Part shown: positions 1 through 8,682 of the stretch, one piece after another
Numbering within the stretch: position 1 is the stretch's first letter
Layout of the letters: every line of letters starts with the position of its first letter
Origin: Acidobacteriota bacterium
GTDB taxonomy: Bacteria > Acidobacteriota > UBA6911 > JACQSX01
NCBI GenBank assembly: GCA_036006905.1
Contig: DASYPF010000152.1
Coordinates: 1 to 32,536 of the forward strand
Direction of reading: 5' to 3'
Length of the DNA stretch: 32,536 nt
The notes under the pieces: generated by a model
Databases searched by the model: none
Told to the model about the DNA's origin: nothing
What the model saw: only the letters and a program-made list of their open reading frames with translations
Made by a program: the position numbers and the translations under genes

Positions 1-35
1 CCACTCCCCCACTCCCCCACTCCCCCACTCTCCCA
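1..35. repeat. Tandem octamer repeat (ACTCCCCC) x4, truncated by the window edge; the minus strand reads as G-tracts
   Basis: Direct reading gives cc-actccccc-actccccc-actccccc-actctccc. The complement is GGG-AGAGT-GGGGG-AGT-GGGGG-AGT-GGGGG. Confidence 0.9.
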
Positions 36-37
36 GC

Positions 38-57
38 GTTCGTGTCCATTTGCGGCC
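38..57. repeat. Right-end copy of the GGCCGCAAATG terminal inverted-repeat family; the left end presumably lies upstream of the window
   Basis: The reverse complement of gttcgtgtccatttgcggcc is ggccgcaaatggacacgaac. It resembles the termini at 29072 (ccgcaaatggacgctaacgaac) and 10431 (gccgcaaatgaaggcggatgaac). Confidence 0.6.
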
Positions 58-172
58 AAACAATCCTAAATCCGCAATATAATCGAACCCGAGTCCATCC
101 CGCGACACGGTGAGGGAATTCAATCGCGAGGGCCGGCTCAAGTGCAACGGAATTCTGAAGAGGTGCCGGACA

Positions 173-625
173 GTGAAATGTCCCTACTGTGAACATCTGG
201 AAGATCGCGTAGTCGATTCTCGTGAAAGCAAAGAAGGAGAGGTCATCCGCCGGCGGAGGGAATGCCTCGCCTGTGGGCGCCGTTTCACCAGTTACGAGCG
301 AATCGACGAGATTCCGTACATGGTGGTCAAGAAGGACGGCCGACGAGAGCGATTTGATCGCAACAAGGTGATGTCAGGGCTGCTCCACGCTTGCGAAAAA
401 CGCCCCGTGAGCACCGGACAACTGGAACAAATTGTAGACGAAATTGAGCAACACGTTCAGGACTCTCCCGACCGCGAGATTACCTCCGAAGAAGTGGGGA
501 AAACAGTAATGCTGAAGCTTCGGCAGTTGGATAAAGTTGCCTATGTCCGCTTCGCGTCGGTATACCTGGAATTTAAAGATGTCACCGAGTTCATGACCGA
601 AATTAATCACCTCTTTAAGAAATAG
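173..625 (+). CDS. nrdR: Transcriptional repressor NrdR (zinc ribbon plus ATP-cone)
   Basis: The sequence (V)KCPYCEH...DSRE...RRRRECLACGRRFTSYE has the CxxC...CxxC zinc ribbon followed by an ATP-cone (VVKKDGRRERFDRNKV...VAYVRFASVY). The family N-terminus corresponds to the GTG at 173, not the track start at 110. Confidence 0.9.
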   Translation: MKCPYCEHLEDRVVDSRESKEGEVIRRRRECLACGRRFTSYERIDEIPYMVVKKDGRRERFDRNKVMSGLLHACEKRPVSTGQLEQIVDEIEQHVQDSPDREITSEEVGKTVMLKLRQLDKVAYVRFASVYLEFKDVTEFMTEINHLFKK

Positions 626-655
626 GATGATAATTTTAGAAGCGGGCCAACCATC

Positions 656-1087
656 ATGTCAGGAATGAGAAGGAAGTTGACAACGACCCATATTTTCGAA
701 ACGGGGGGAAGTTTTGAATCATTGCTGGTGAATTGGGTCCCGCACGTCGATGTCATAGAGCAGGACAAACACTTCGTCATTTATGCTGAACTTCCCGGGG
801 TCGCAGTCGGCGACATAGCCGTGGAGTTGCAGTCCAATGTCCTCATTCTCGAAGGGCTGAAAAGGGATCTCCAGTTAAGCCAGGGGTATCAGTGCTATTA
901 CTGCGTTGAAAGAGCGCATGGAAGATTTCGTCGCGAGATCCAGTTGCCGAATTTGGTGGATATCCGCCACGGCGAGGCAATATTGGACAATGGGATTTTG
1001 CGCATCACCCTAACCAGAATAGAAGACCGCCGAGGGCAGAGCTATCGCATACCCGTCCAAAAAAGTGATTCATCTAGGAAACTGTGA
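656..1087 (+). CDS. Small heat-shock protein, Hsp20/alpha-crystallin family
   Basis: Alpha-crystallin domain pattern: WVPHVDVIEQDKHFVIYAELPGV...DIAVELQSNVLILEG...ERAHGRFRREIQLP...AILDNGILRITL. Confidence 0.85.
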   Translation: MSGMRRKLTTTHIFETGGSFESLLVNWVPHVDVIEQDKHFVIYAELPGVAVGDIAVELQSNVLILEGLKRDLQLSQGYQCYYCVERAHGRFRREIQLPNLVDIRHGEAILDNGILRITLTRIEDRRGQSYRIPVQKSDSSRKL

Positions 1088-1110
1088 GTGTCCGCTAAGC
1101 GCCAACTGCC

Positions 1111-3489
1111 ATGACTGTTAAATCTGAAGAGCCGAAGACTCAAAACGAAGCGGAAATCCCTATTCCCTCGCAGCTTCCTGTGCTGGCGATGCGGGACATG
1201 GTAACTTTTCCGTTCATGATCGTGCCGGTTTTCATCGGCCGAGAGCCATTCGTCAAAGCGGTGGACTCTGCGCTCAGCCAGCATCGCATGGTCCTGCTGC
1301 TGGCACAGCGCGATCCCGCCGTGGATGAACCGACCGCCGAAACACTCTATTCGGTGGGAACGGTGGGGATCATTCTGCGGATGCTGAAGATGCCCGATCA
1401 GAAGCAGCGCGTATTAATCCAGGGGCTTCAGCGCGCGCGGGTAAGAAATTTTGTGGAGGGCGCTCCCCATCCCATCGCCGAAATCGAGACGTTGAACGAA
1501 CCCACCACCGAGCTGACGATAGAAGTGGAAGCGACCATACGTAGTGTTCGGGCCGCGCTCGAAAAGGTAGCGGCACTCGGCAAGAACATCTCACCAGAAA
1601 TTGCCATTGTGGCCAATAACACTGATGACCCGGGCCGGCTGGCCGATTTGGCTGCATCGAATCTGGAGATGAAGGTGGAAGAGGCACAGGATTTGCTGGA
1701 AACACTCGACCCGTTAGGCCGCCTGCGTCGTGTCAATGAAATCCTGGCCCGCGAAGTCGAGCTTCTCAGCATGCAGCAGAAGATCAGCGAGCAGGCCAAA
1801 GACGAAATCGAAAAAACCCAGAAAGAGTACTTTCTGCGCCAGCAGATGAAAGCCATTCAGCAGGAACTCGGTGAAGCCGGGGAGATGGCTTCTGAAATTA
1901 CAGCTCTGAAAAAGAAAGCAGAAGAAGTCGGTTTGCCTCAAGAGGCCAAAGAAGAAGTGGATCGCCAAATTTCTCGCCTGGAGGCGATGCACCCCGATTC
2001 GGCCGAGACCGGAATGGTGCGAACTTACATCGACTGGATGCTGGCACTTCCCTGGGCGGGGACTACAGAAGATCAATTGGATCTTTCGGAAGCGCAGAAG
2101 ATTCTCGACGAAGATCACTACGACCTGGAAAAGGTAAAAACCCGCATCATCGAATACCTGGCAGTCTTGAAGCTCACTCAAAACATGCGGGGGCCGATTC
2201 TCTGTTTCGTAGGACCTCCCGGCGTGGGAAAGACCTCGCTGGGCCGGTCTATCGCCAGGGCGTTGGGCCGCAAGTTTGTTCGCATCTCACTGGGCGGCTT
2301 GCATGACGAGGCCGAAGTCCGCGGGCACCGGCGCACCTACATCGGCGCCATGCCCGGGCGAATCATTCAGGGACTGCGGAACGCGGGTAGTAACAATCCG
2401 GTTTTCATGCTCGACGAGGTAGACAAAGTCGGCATGGATTTCCGTGGCGACCCCTCGTCGGCTTTGCTGGAAGTGCTGGATCCGGAACAGAACAATGCCT
2501 TTCGCGACAATTACCTGGGAGTGCCGTTTGATCTGAGCCGAGTGCTCTTTATTACTACGGCTAATTTGCCCGATCCGATACAACCCGCGCTGCGGGATCG
2601 CATGGAGGTAATCCAGCTTACCGGCTATACCGAGAACGAAAAGCTGCACATTGCCAAGCGCTACCTGATTCCAAAACAGGTTGCAGCGCATGGCATCGGT
2701 AGCGAGGACGTTGAATTCCAGGATGATGCCGTTCTGACGGTGATTAATCGATACACGCGCGAGGCGGGTCTGCGGAACTTGGAGCGCGAGCTGGCCACCA
2801 TCTGTCGCAAAGTTGCGCGACAGAAGGCGGAGGGACGCGCGGAACCTGTTGCGGTTACTCCCGATCGCGTTCACCGGTATCTCGGTCCCGAACGCATTCT
2901 TCCCGAGGAACTCTTGCAGGAGGACAGAATCGGCGTCGCGGTGGGTTTAGCGTGGACCCCGGCGGGCGGCGATATTTTGTTTATTGAGGCCATTGCCATG
3001 AAAGGCCGCGGAGAACTGATTTTGACCGGGCAATTAGGAGATGTGATGAAAGAGTCAGCGCGAGCTGCAATGAGCTATGCCCGGGCGCGGGCCGTACAGT
3101 TTAAGATTCCTGAAGATTTCTTCGAAAAGCACGACATTCATATCCACGTTCCCGCAGGCGCCATACCCAAGGACGGACCTTCGGCCGGCGTAACATTGGC
3201 GGCCGCGCTGGTATCGGTCTGTTCGCGGCGCCCCGTCCGGCGAAATGTCGCCATGACTGGTGAGATTACGCTCCGCGGTCGGGTCGCGCCGATAGGCGGC
3301 CTCAAGGAGAAGGTGCTGGCGGCGCGGCAAGCCAAGATTTACGAAGTGATTCTTCCCGAAGCCAACCGTAAGGACCTGGAAGACATCTCTAAGGACGTCC
3401 TTGAGGAGATGAAATTCGTTTTTGTGGAAGAAATTGATCAGGTGGTCAACACGGTTCTGGTAGCAGAGAAACTGGTACCGAGCAAGTAG
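1111..3489 (+). CDS. lon: ATP-dependent Lon protease (endopeptidase La)
   Basis: 792 aa. It has the LON N-domain ([24 protein letters not shown]), Walker [10 protein letters not shown], Walker B FMLDEVDK and the protease catalytic motif PKDGPSAG. Confidence 0.97.
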   Translation: MTVKSEEPKTQNEAEIPIPSQLPVLAMRDMVTFPFMIVPVFIGREPFVKAVDSALSQHRMVLLLAQRDPAVDEPTAETLYSVGTVGIILRMLKMPDQKQRVLIQGLQRARVRNFVEGAPHPIAEIETLNEPTTELTIEVEATIRSVRAALEKVAALGKNISPEIAIVANNTDDPGRLADLAASNLEMKVEEAQDLLETLDPLGRLRRVNEILAREVELLSMQQKISEQAKDEIEKTQKEYFLRQQMKAIQQELGEAGEMASEITALKKKAEEVGLPQEAKEEVDRQISRLEAMHPDSAETGMVRTYIDWMLALPWAGTTEDQLDLSEAQKILDEDHYDLEKVKTRIIEYLAVLKLTQNMRGPILCFVGPPGVGKTSLGRSIARALGRKFVRISLGGLHDEAEVRGHRRTYIGAMPGRIIQGLRNAGSNNPVFMLDEVDKVGMDFRGDPSSALLEVLDPEQNNAFRDNYLGVPFDLSRVLFITTANLPDPIQPALRDRMEVIQLTGYTENEKLHIAKRYLIPKQVAAHGIGSEDVEFQDDAVLTVINRYTREAGLRNLERELATICRKVARQKAEGRAEPVAVTPDRVHRYLGPERILPEELLQEDRIGVAVGLAWTPAGGDILFIEAIAMKGRGELILTGQLGDVMKESARAAMSYARARAVQFKIPEDFFEKHDIHIHVPAGAIPKDGPSAGVTLAAALVSVCSRRPVRRNVAMTGEITLRGRVAPIGGLKEKVLAARQAKIYEVILPEANRKDLEDISKDVLEEMKFVFVEEIDQVVNTVLVAEKLVPSK

Positions 3490-3546
3490 GGCTCTTTGTT
3501 TCTCTGCGTTGCAAATTGGTAACTTCTTGCTTGCAAAGTCTTCTCA

Positions 3547-3742
3547 AAAGCCGAGCACGCGCACGAGCACGTCAACGTCCACGACCACGACCACGTACGA
3601 TCACGTCTACGTTTGACGGCCGTATCCGTTGATAATTGTCGATTGCAGAGAGCTGAAGAGTGGCTGGAGATGATCTTTTCACGATCATGGACCTGGACGT
3701 GCTCGTTGACGTGCACGTGATCGTGGCTGTGAACGGCTTTTT
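3547..3742. repeat. Inverted pair of hexamer-periodic arrays, (CACGNN)n then (NNCGTG)n, around a ~80-bp unique centre
   Basis: The left arm at 3547-3607 is aaagccgagcacgcgcacgagcacgtcaacgtccacgaccacgaccacgtacgatcacgtc. The right arm at 3689-3742 is ggacctggacgtgctcgttgacgtgcacgtgatcgtggctgtgaacggcttttt. The arms are reverse-complementary, including the aaagccg/cggcttt ends. Confidence 0.85.
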
Positions 3743-3783
3743 GCTTACGGCTCGGCTGCCCTACGTCTCTGCGATGTGTATTT

Positions 3784-4851
3784 GTGAATAGTCCTGGACC
3801 AGGCACGATGCACCCCCCCTGGAAAAACGAAATCGATTTTGTTCGATTCTTGCGGCGGATGCGATTTTCCGAACGACGCTCAGTCAGAATGGGAATCGGA
3901 GACGACGCTGCCGTTCTACGAAGCACTGGCCACAAGACGCAGTTGTTCACCACCGACATGATGGTGGAGAACGTGCATTTCACGCTGGAGACCTGCGCGC
4001 CGGAATGGCTTGCGTACAAGTTGCTGGCCCGAAACGTCAGCGACATCGCCGCGATGGGCGGCACTCCAACCTGCTACGTGCTCTCGCTGGCGGTTCCCCG
4101 CAATCTCCCTGAAGATTTCTTGCCGCGCTTTTATCGTGGCCTGAAGCATGCTCAAAAGCGGATGCATGCGCATTTGGTAGGCGGAGACATAAGCTCTTCG
4201 CCCGCCGCAGTTCTGTTTAGCTGCATCGCTTTGCTGGGAGAAACAATGGCCGCTCCACTGCTGCGGGCGGGGTCAAAACCAAACGACTCGATCTGGGTCA
4301 CGGGCGCTCTGGGAAGGTCGGCCGTAGCCCTGGAATTGCTCAGAAGCGGCAGAGCGGCCGTCGATACGAAAAACAAGAGGATTGCTTTTGCCGCCATCTC
4401 ACAGGCAGAGGCGAGAGGACGCTTAAAAGACATCATGAAAGCGCATTTCTTTCCCCAGCCGCGCCTGGCAATGGGCCAATGGCTGGCAAAGAGAAAGATC
4501 GCTTCTGCTGTCATCGACCTCAGTGACGGCCTGTCAACCGACCTGCACAGGCTTTGTGAAGCGTCTGGGCTCAGCGCGGTAATTTACCCGCAACATCTTC
4601 CCATTGCGCGATCCGTGCTTCTGCACGCGCGCGATCCAGTGGAGTGCGCGCTACACGGCGGAGAAGATTATGAGCTTCTGTTTACCGTGCCGCCAAGAAT
4701 GGAAGCGAAGTTGAAGAGGCTCTCTGCGCCGCTCCCGCTGCGACGAATCGGAAAAATGATGGCGGGAAAAAAAAAGGGAGTGCTAGTCGAAATGGACGGG
4801 AGACTGCAGCAGTTGGAGCCGGGCGGATTTGATCATTTCAGCAATCGATGA
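3784..4851 (+). CDS. thiL: Thiamine-monophosphate kinase
   Basis: AIR-synthase-like fold motifs are present: GIGDDAAVL, DISDIAAMGG, GGDISSSP, GGEDYELLFT. The start is ambiguous between GTG 3784 and ATG 3808. The stop overlaps the next ATG (ATGA at 4848). Confidence 0.85.
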   Translation: MNSPGPGTMHPPWKNEIDFVRFLRRMRFSERRSVRMGIGDDAAVLRSTGHKTQLFTTDMMVENVHFTLETCAPEWLAYKLLARNVSDIAAMGGTPTCYVLSLAVPRNLPEDFLPRFYRGLKHAQKRMHAHLVGGDISSSPAAVLFSCIALLGETMAAPLLRAGSKPNDSIWVTGALGRSAVALELLRSGRAAVDTKNKRIAFAAISQAEARGRLKDIMKAHFFPQPRLAMGQWLAKRKIASAVIDLSDGLSTDLHRLCEASGLSAVIYPQHLPIARSVLLHARDPVECALHGGEDYELLFTVPPRMEAKLKRLSAPLPLRRIGKMMAGKKKGVLVEMDGRLQQLEPGGFDHFSNR

Positions 4852-5324
4852 GCTCTTACATCACCGGATTGCTGAAGAAGATTGTTTCAACCGACGAGAC
4901 ACCGAAACGGCTGGCGCTTTCTTTTACTATTGGCACATTCCTTAGCTTTTCGCCTCCGCTGGGAATCCACACGATCCTTGGTCTGTCGATCGCTTACCTG
5001 TTTCACCTGAATCGCACCGCCATGGTGGTCGGAGTTTACTTAAACAATCCCTGGACCATAGTCCCCTACTACGCCTTTGCCACCTGGGTGGGGATCAAGA
5101 TCACGGGTATGCCTGAGGGTGTGCAAATGCCGCATGTCGGCTTACGCGAAATCATGACGCGCGCCTTCTGGATGCAGATTATGGCAGAATGGAGAATTCT
5201 GATCCCGGCTGTCGTAGGTTCGCTGGTTCTGGCCCTGCTGATCGCGCTGGTCACCTATCCGATCATGCTGCATCTGATCGGGCGTTATCAAAAGCAACGG
5301 AGACTGCGGGCGCAGGTTGAGTAA
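4848..5324 (+). CDS. DUF2062-family small membrane protein
   Basis: 158 aa with a pattern typical of DUF2062: PKRLALSFTIGTFLSFSPPLGIHTILGLSIAYLFHLNRTAMVVGVYLNNPWTIVPYY, plus a C-terminal TM helix. It is translationally coupled to thiL. Confidence 0.6.
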   Translation: MSSYITGLLKKIVSTDETPKRLALSFTIGTFLSFSPPLGIHTILGLSIAYLFHLNRTAMVVGVYLNNPWTIVPYYAFATWVGIKITGMPEGVQMPHVGLREIMTRAFWMQIMAEWRILIPAVVGSLVLALLIALVTYPIMLHLIGRYQKQRRLRAQVE

Positions 5325-5326
5325 AG

Positions 5327-5623
5327 GGAATGCGGAATGGAAACGAATGCGGAATGACGAATGCGGAATGCCGAATGAAAAACCTGTTCCAGACCCTGGA
5401 GCACAGATGAAGGAGAACCCGTCGGCTCACAAGAGAGACTCGTTAAGCTCACCGTCCAGCCGGCCTTCATTCCGCATTCGGCATTCGCCATTCCGTATTC
5501 CCCTTCCGCATTCCCCAATTCATTCCGCATTTCCCATTCCGCATTCCCCATTCGGTTCATTCCGCATTCGCCATTCTGCACTCCACATTTGTTCCGCATT
5601 CCGCATTCCGCATTCCGCATTCG
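5327..5623. repeat. Asymmetric hairpin of heptamer arrays: (GGAATGC)~7, an 88-bp spacer, then (GCATTCC)~22
   Basis: The left arm at 5327-5377 reads ggaatgcggaatgg...gaatgcggaatgccgaatg. The right arm at 5466-5623 reads cattccgcattcggcattcgccattccg...ccgcattccgcattccgcattccgcattcg. The arms are reverse complements with a 7-nt period. Confidence 0.9.
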
Positions 5624-5625
5624 TT

Positions 5626-7119
5626 TTGATCCTGCTTCTGCTATGCACGCAAGTTTACGGCCAGGATCTGTCCGGAATCGTGAACATCAATTTCGTACCC
5701 GACGTGCGGCTCTTTATCGTCATGGCAGCTATTAACGCCGGCGGATTCAATTACGAGAGCGCGCCGTCCATGCATCCGGTGCGGTTGCAGGTACGGCAAA
5801 AGTTGAAGTTACTCGATCCGTTCCTGCTGCAGCGCCTTCATGATTTTTACATTGCCCATCACACAGTAGACAACCCGCAGCAGGAGATCGCGCGCTACAC
5901 CTCGCTGGCCTTGCTGCTCTCAGATCCGCCCCAATTGGAAATAAATTTGCCACCGAAAGATATTCCGCCCGAGGTTCACGACGTGCAGGGTTTTCAACAA
6001 ATTCTCCCCACCTTCTATCATCAGGCCGATTTGCAGCAGCTATGGGCTGAAGTGCGACCTCGGTATCTGGCCGAAATCGAACAATACAAGCCGGTCACGC
6101 GCCAGTCCATTGTCCAGGTCTTGCAGTATCTGCGTACCGAAGCGCGTATCGTCATGGACCGGCAAATCTTCTTTATCCCAGATTTGATGAGCGCTCATGG
6201 AGTCAGCAATTCGCGGATTGTCGGCAGCCTCTATTACCTGGTAGTCGGGCCGGCGGAGACCCCAGAGAAGAATCTGCGAAATATCCGCCACGAGTATCTA
6301 CACTTTTTGCTTGATCCGCTCATTGAGAAAAACGGCCTGGCAATCGTTCAGCAGCAGGAAGTGCTGCAACTGTTCAAAGATCGTCCCGAGCTGCTGGCAA
6401 AGTACCAAAAAGATCTCAAGCTTCTTAACACCGAATCTCTGATTGAAGCCATTCAACTTCGCATCGATCTGGTCAATCAAAATCGGCAGCGGCCCGTTTC
6501 TTCCGACAGCATTCGCGAGCAACTGGCACGGCACTACGACGCCGGGAACATTCTGGTTTATCACTACTACGAAAAGCTTCAGGATTTTGAGAGGGCTTCA
6601 GCCTCGTTTCCCGAATACCTGGCGGCGATTATTCAGTCGCTGGATATGAAACGCGAGCTGCAGCGCAAGGAGTGGTTTGTCGCTGAAGCCGAAAAACTAC
6701 GGCAGCAGCACGAAGTCCAATCGAAGCAATTGCAGGAGCGAATCGAGTGGGTGCGTCAACTGGAGCGTGCCAATGTTCTGTTGCAACAAAAAAACTTCGA
6801 TGAAGCGGAAAAAGTCTTGTTGCCAATGAAGGAGCGCCGGCCGGATGAACCGGCAGTGCTCTTCGGGTTGGGACAGATCCAGATACATCGTCAGAATGCG
6901 TCTGCCGCCGAGTCGTATTTCAACGCGGTGATCGCGCGGCCAGAAGCTCCGGCATGGATGGTAGCGTGGAGCCGCCTGAATCTTGCCTCAGTTTATCGGG
7001 CAACTGACCGCCTGGCGGAAGCGCGGGTGGCTCTGCAGCTTGTGGCGTCGTCCAACGAAGCCCTCCGGGGTGCCCGTGACGAAGCCAAAAAGCGGCTGGC
7101 GGACCTCCCGCCGCCTTGA
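5626..7119 (+). CDS. Secreted hypothetical protein with an HEXXH motif (putative zinc metallopeptidase-like) and a C-terminal TPR-like region
   Basis: The long ORF has coding-like composition from about 5630. HEYLH is encoded at 6289-6303. The C-terminus has TPR-like helices (NFDEAEKVLLPM...GLGQIQIHRQNASAAESYFNAVI...LASVYRATDRLAEARVAL). The track start at 5317 lies inside the heptamer arrays. I place the start at TTG 5626 (MILLLLCTQVYGQ, signal-like), but the start is uncertain. Confidence 0.55.
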   Translation: MILLLLCTQVYGQDLSGIVNINFVPDVRLFIVMAAINAGGFNYESAPSMHPVRLQVRQKLKLLDPFLLQRLHDFYIAHHTVDNPQQEIARYTSLALLLSDPPQLEINLPPKDIPPEVHDVQGFQQILPTFYHQADLQQLWAEVRPRYLAEIEQYKPVTRQSIVQVLQYLRTEARIVMDRQIFFIPDLMSAHGVSNSRIVGSLYYLVVGPAETPEKNLRNIRHEYLHFLLDPLIEKNGLAIVQQQEVLQLFKDRPELLAKYQKDLKLLNTESLIEAIQLRIDLVNQNRQRPVSSDSIREQLARHYDAGNILVYHYYEKLQDFERASASFPEYLAAIIQSLDMKRELQRKEWFVAEAEKLRQQHEVQSKQLQERIEWVRQLERANVLLQQKNFDEAEKVLLPMKERRPDEPAVLFGLGQIQIHRQNASAAESYFNAVIARPEAPAWMVAWSRLNLASVYRATDRLAEARVALQLVASSNEALRGARDEAKKRLADLPPP

Positions 7120-7129
7120 CATGGCTGGA

Positions 7130-7295
7130 CCAACAAGAAAGAGTCGAAGGTCGCAGGTCGAAGGTCTAAAGTCATCCTGTTTTTTTGACCTTCGACTTTC
7201 GGCTCCAACAAGAAAGAGTCGAAGGTCGCAGGTCGAAGGTCTAAAGTCATCCTTTTTTTTTGACCTTCGACTTTCGACCTTCGACTTTCGACTCT
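7130..7295. repeat. Near-perfect 75-bp tandem duplication of a (GTCGAAG/GTCGCAG)n hairpin unit; the second copy ends in a T-run and may act as a terminator
   Basis: The units start at 7130 and 7205. Their first 48 nt are identical: ccaacaagaaagagtcgaaggtcgcaggtcgaaggtctaaagtcatcc. Each is followed by T7-9 and gaccttcgactttcg. Copy 2 extends to gaccttcgactttcgactctcgcttttt. Confidence 0.9.
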
Positions 7296-7510
7296 CGCTT
7301 TTTATTTGCAACCCTTCGGTTGCCGGAGTCTCATAAGGGAGTAGTAGAAATTTTTTTGCTTCGAGCAGGTGGATTTGGATTAAGATATTTTCTTTTTCCC
7401 GACGGATACTGTGCAATTCTGATATCTCCATCTCCTGCTTGTCAGCTTGGCAGAATGGCTCTTGCATCCGTTTGAGAAGGCAAAAAACTGTGTCTACGGA
7501 GGACATTTAA

Positions 7511-8551
7511 ATGAACAAGCTTTCCATCTCGGCGCTTGCGCTGGCACTGGCCGTGACGCCGAGTTTTGCGCTGCAGGCGGCTCAGACCGGGCAGCAACAG
7601 ACCCCCCAAACCCAGCCGGGCCAACAGCCGGCGCCCGCGCCAAAGCCACCTCGCGTGGTGGGACAGGCCCAGACTCAGGAAGAATTTCAGGCATACCAAA
7701 CGATTACGCAGACGTCGGACGCTCAGCAAAGAGCAAAACTGATTGAGGATTTCTTCCAGAAATACCCGGATTCCGGCCTCACTTTCTGGATGCAGCAGGT
7801 TGCGGTTTCCACCTATCAGCAGTTGAACAACCCGGATAAGCTCGTGGAGCATGGCGAAGCCGCCCTGCGGTCCTGGGAAAAAGACAACCAGGCGCTGTCG
7901 GGGATGAAAGCCTCGCCTGCGGTGATCCTAACCATGCTGGCCAATGCATATGCGGAGCGTGGAAAACCAGATCCGGCTTTGGAACGTGCCGACAAAGCAA
8001 TCGCTGAAATTGAAAAACTGCAGCCGCCTCCCGGAATCGATGCTGCACAGTTTGCCAGTGGGAAAAACCAACTGCTCGAGACCGTGTATGCCAGCAAAGG
8101 CGTAGCTTATCTGGCAAAAACGCAGGACGCGCGGGCCAAGAAGGCCAACGAGCCGAAACCTCCCACCGATCCGAACAATCCTGCCGCCTCAAATCAGAAA
8201 AAAGATGAACCCGATCCGAATCTGGAGGCGGCTATAACGAATTTAAACAAGGCAATTGAGCTGAATCCGAAAGATGACTTTGTCTATTTCCGCCTCGGAA
8301 TTGCCTACACCTTGAAGAATGATGCCGAGCGCGCCATCGACTATTACGCCAAGGCGGTAGCTTTGAGTGGTTATGTCTCCAAAATAGCCAAAGAGAATCT
8401 GGAGAAAGTTTACAAGTTGACCCACGATAACAAGCTCGATGGTCTGGATCAGCGCATCGCCAAGGCCAAGGAATCATTAAACGCGCCCCCGGCGCCAACG
8501 CCTCCGCCTCCAGCCGTACCCCAGCAGCAGAAACCTCCCAGCAATCGGTAG
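7511..8551 (+). CDS. Secreted TPR-repeat protein with a Q/P-rich N-terminal linker
   Basis: GGAGG at 7499-7503 lies 7 nt before the ATG. The signal peptide is MNKLSISALALALAVTPSFALQA. TPR-like segments include LNKAIELNPKDDFVYFRLGIAYTLKNDAERAIDYYAKAVAL. Confidence 0.7.
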   Translation: MNKLSISALALALAVTPSFALQAAQTGQQQTPQTQPGQQPAPAPKPPRVVGQAQTQEEFQAYQTITQTSDAQQRAKLIEDFFQKYPDSGLTFWMQQVAVSTYQQLNNPDKLVEHGEAALRSWEKDNQALSGMKASPAVILTMLANAYAERGKPDPALERADKAIAEIEKLQPPPGIDAAQFASGKNQLLETVYASKGVAYLAKTQDARAKKANEPKPPTDPNNPAASNQKKDEPDPNLEAAITNLNKAIELNPKDDFVYFRLGIAYTLKNDAERAIDYYAKAVALSGYVSKIAKENLEKVYKLTHDNKLDGLDQRIAKAKESLNAPPAPTPPPPAVPQQQKPPSNR

Positions 8552-8567
8552 TGGTGCGGAGAGAGTA

Positions 8568-8589
8568 GAGACGCCGGTGCCGGCGTCTC
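8568..8589 (+). terminator. Perfect GC-rich hairpin 3' of the TPR gene; member of the TAGAGACGC palindrome family
   Basis: The sequence is gagacgccgg-tg-ccggcgtctc, a 10-bp perfect stem 17 nt after the stop codon. The T-tract is weak (gatgttctgttt). The stem is related to the one at 14071-14098 (gtagagacgcgg-tata-ccgcgtctctac). Confidence 0.45.
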
Positions 8590-8682
8590 CAGGATGTTCT
8601 GTTTATCGTGGACTGTTGATCTAGCAAAGGGAAAATCTCCACATCAACGGTCCACCGTAGACAGTAATCCTGGGAGCGTAGG

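Noticed and set aside
110-172. N-terminal extension of the NrdR ORF (MREFNREGRLKCNGILKRCRT)
   Set aside because: The NrdR family starts at the zinc-ribbon (M/V)KCPYC. GTG 173 fits that, and the upstream 21 codons have no family counterpart.
1370-3335. Antisense and off-frame ORFs inside lon. The same applies inside accC (18644-19554), pccB (20593-21622), hslU (24325-25615), thrC (29319-30444) and nadB (30556-31899).
   Set aside because: They are fully nested within strongly supported conserved genes, have biased Arg/Ser/Pro-rich composition typical of antisense frames in GC-rich coding DNA, and lack RBSs.
5288-5620. ORF 5288-5620 (minus strand) and the 5317-5625 part of the 600-aa ORF (MRNAECGMRN..., FRIRHSPFRIP...)
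   Set aside because: These are translations of GAATGCG/CGCATTC heptamer arrays. The peptides are periodic and low-complexity and the region is open in several frames. They are kept only as an alternative N-terminus hypothesis in the findings.
7130-7295. Possible CRISPR array here, and in other regularly spaced repeats such as 21661-21720
   Set aside because: There are only two units, or the units are contiguous 7-14-nt repeats with no unique spacers of 25-40 nt. No cas genes are in the window, and the repeats are arms of hairpins.
7447-7467. Sigma-54-like promoter ttggcagaatggctcttgcat upstream of the TPR gene
   Set aside because: The GG and GC elements are separated by 13 nt instead of the required 10 (TGGCAC-N5-TTGC), so the spacing is incompatible with the -24/-12 consensus.
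6983-7506. ORFs 6983-7336 (+), 6988-7506 (-), 6993-7250 (-) and 7260-7475 (+)
   Set aside because: They span the 75-bp duplicated hairpin units and overlap the end of a real gene out of frame. Duplicated peptide blocks such as PTRKSRRSQVEGLKSS x2 reflect the DNA duplication.
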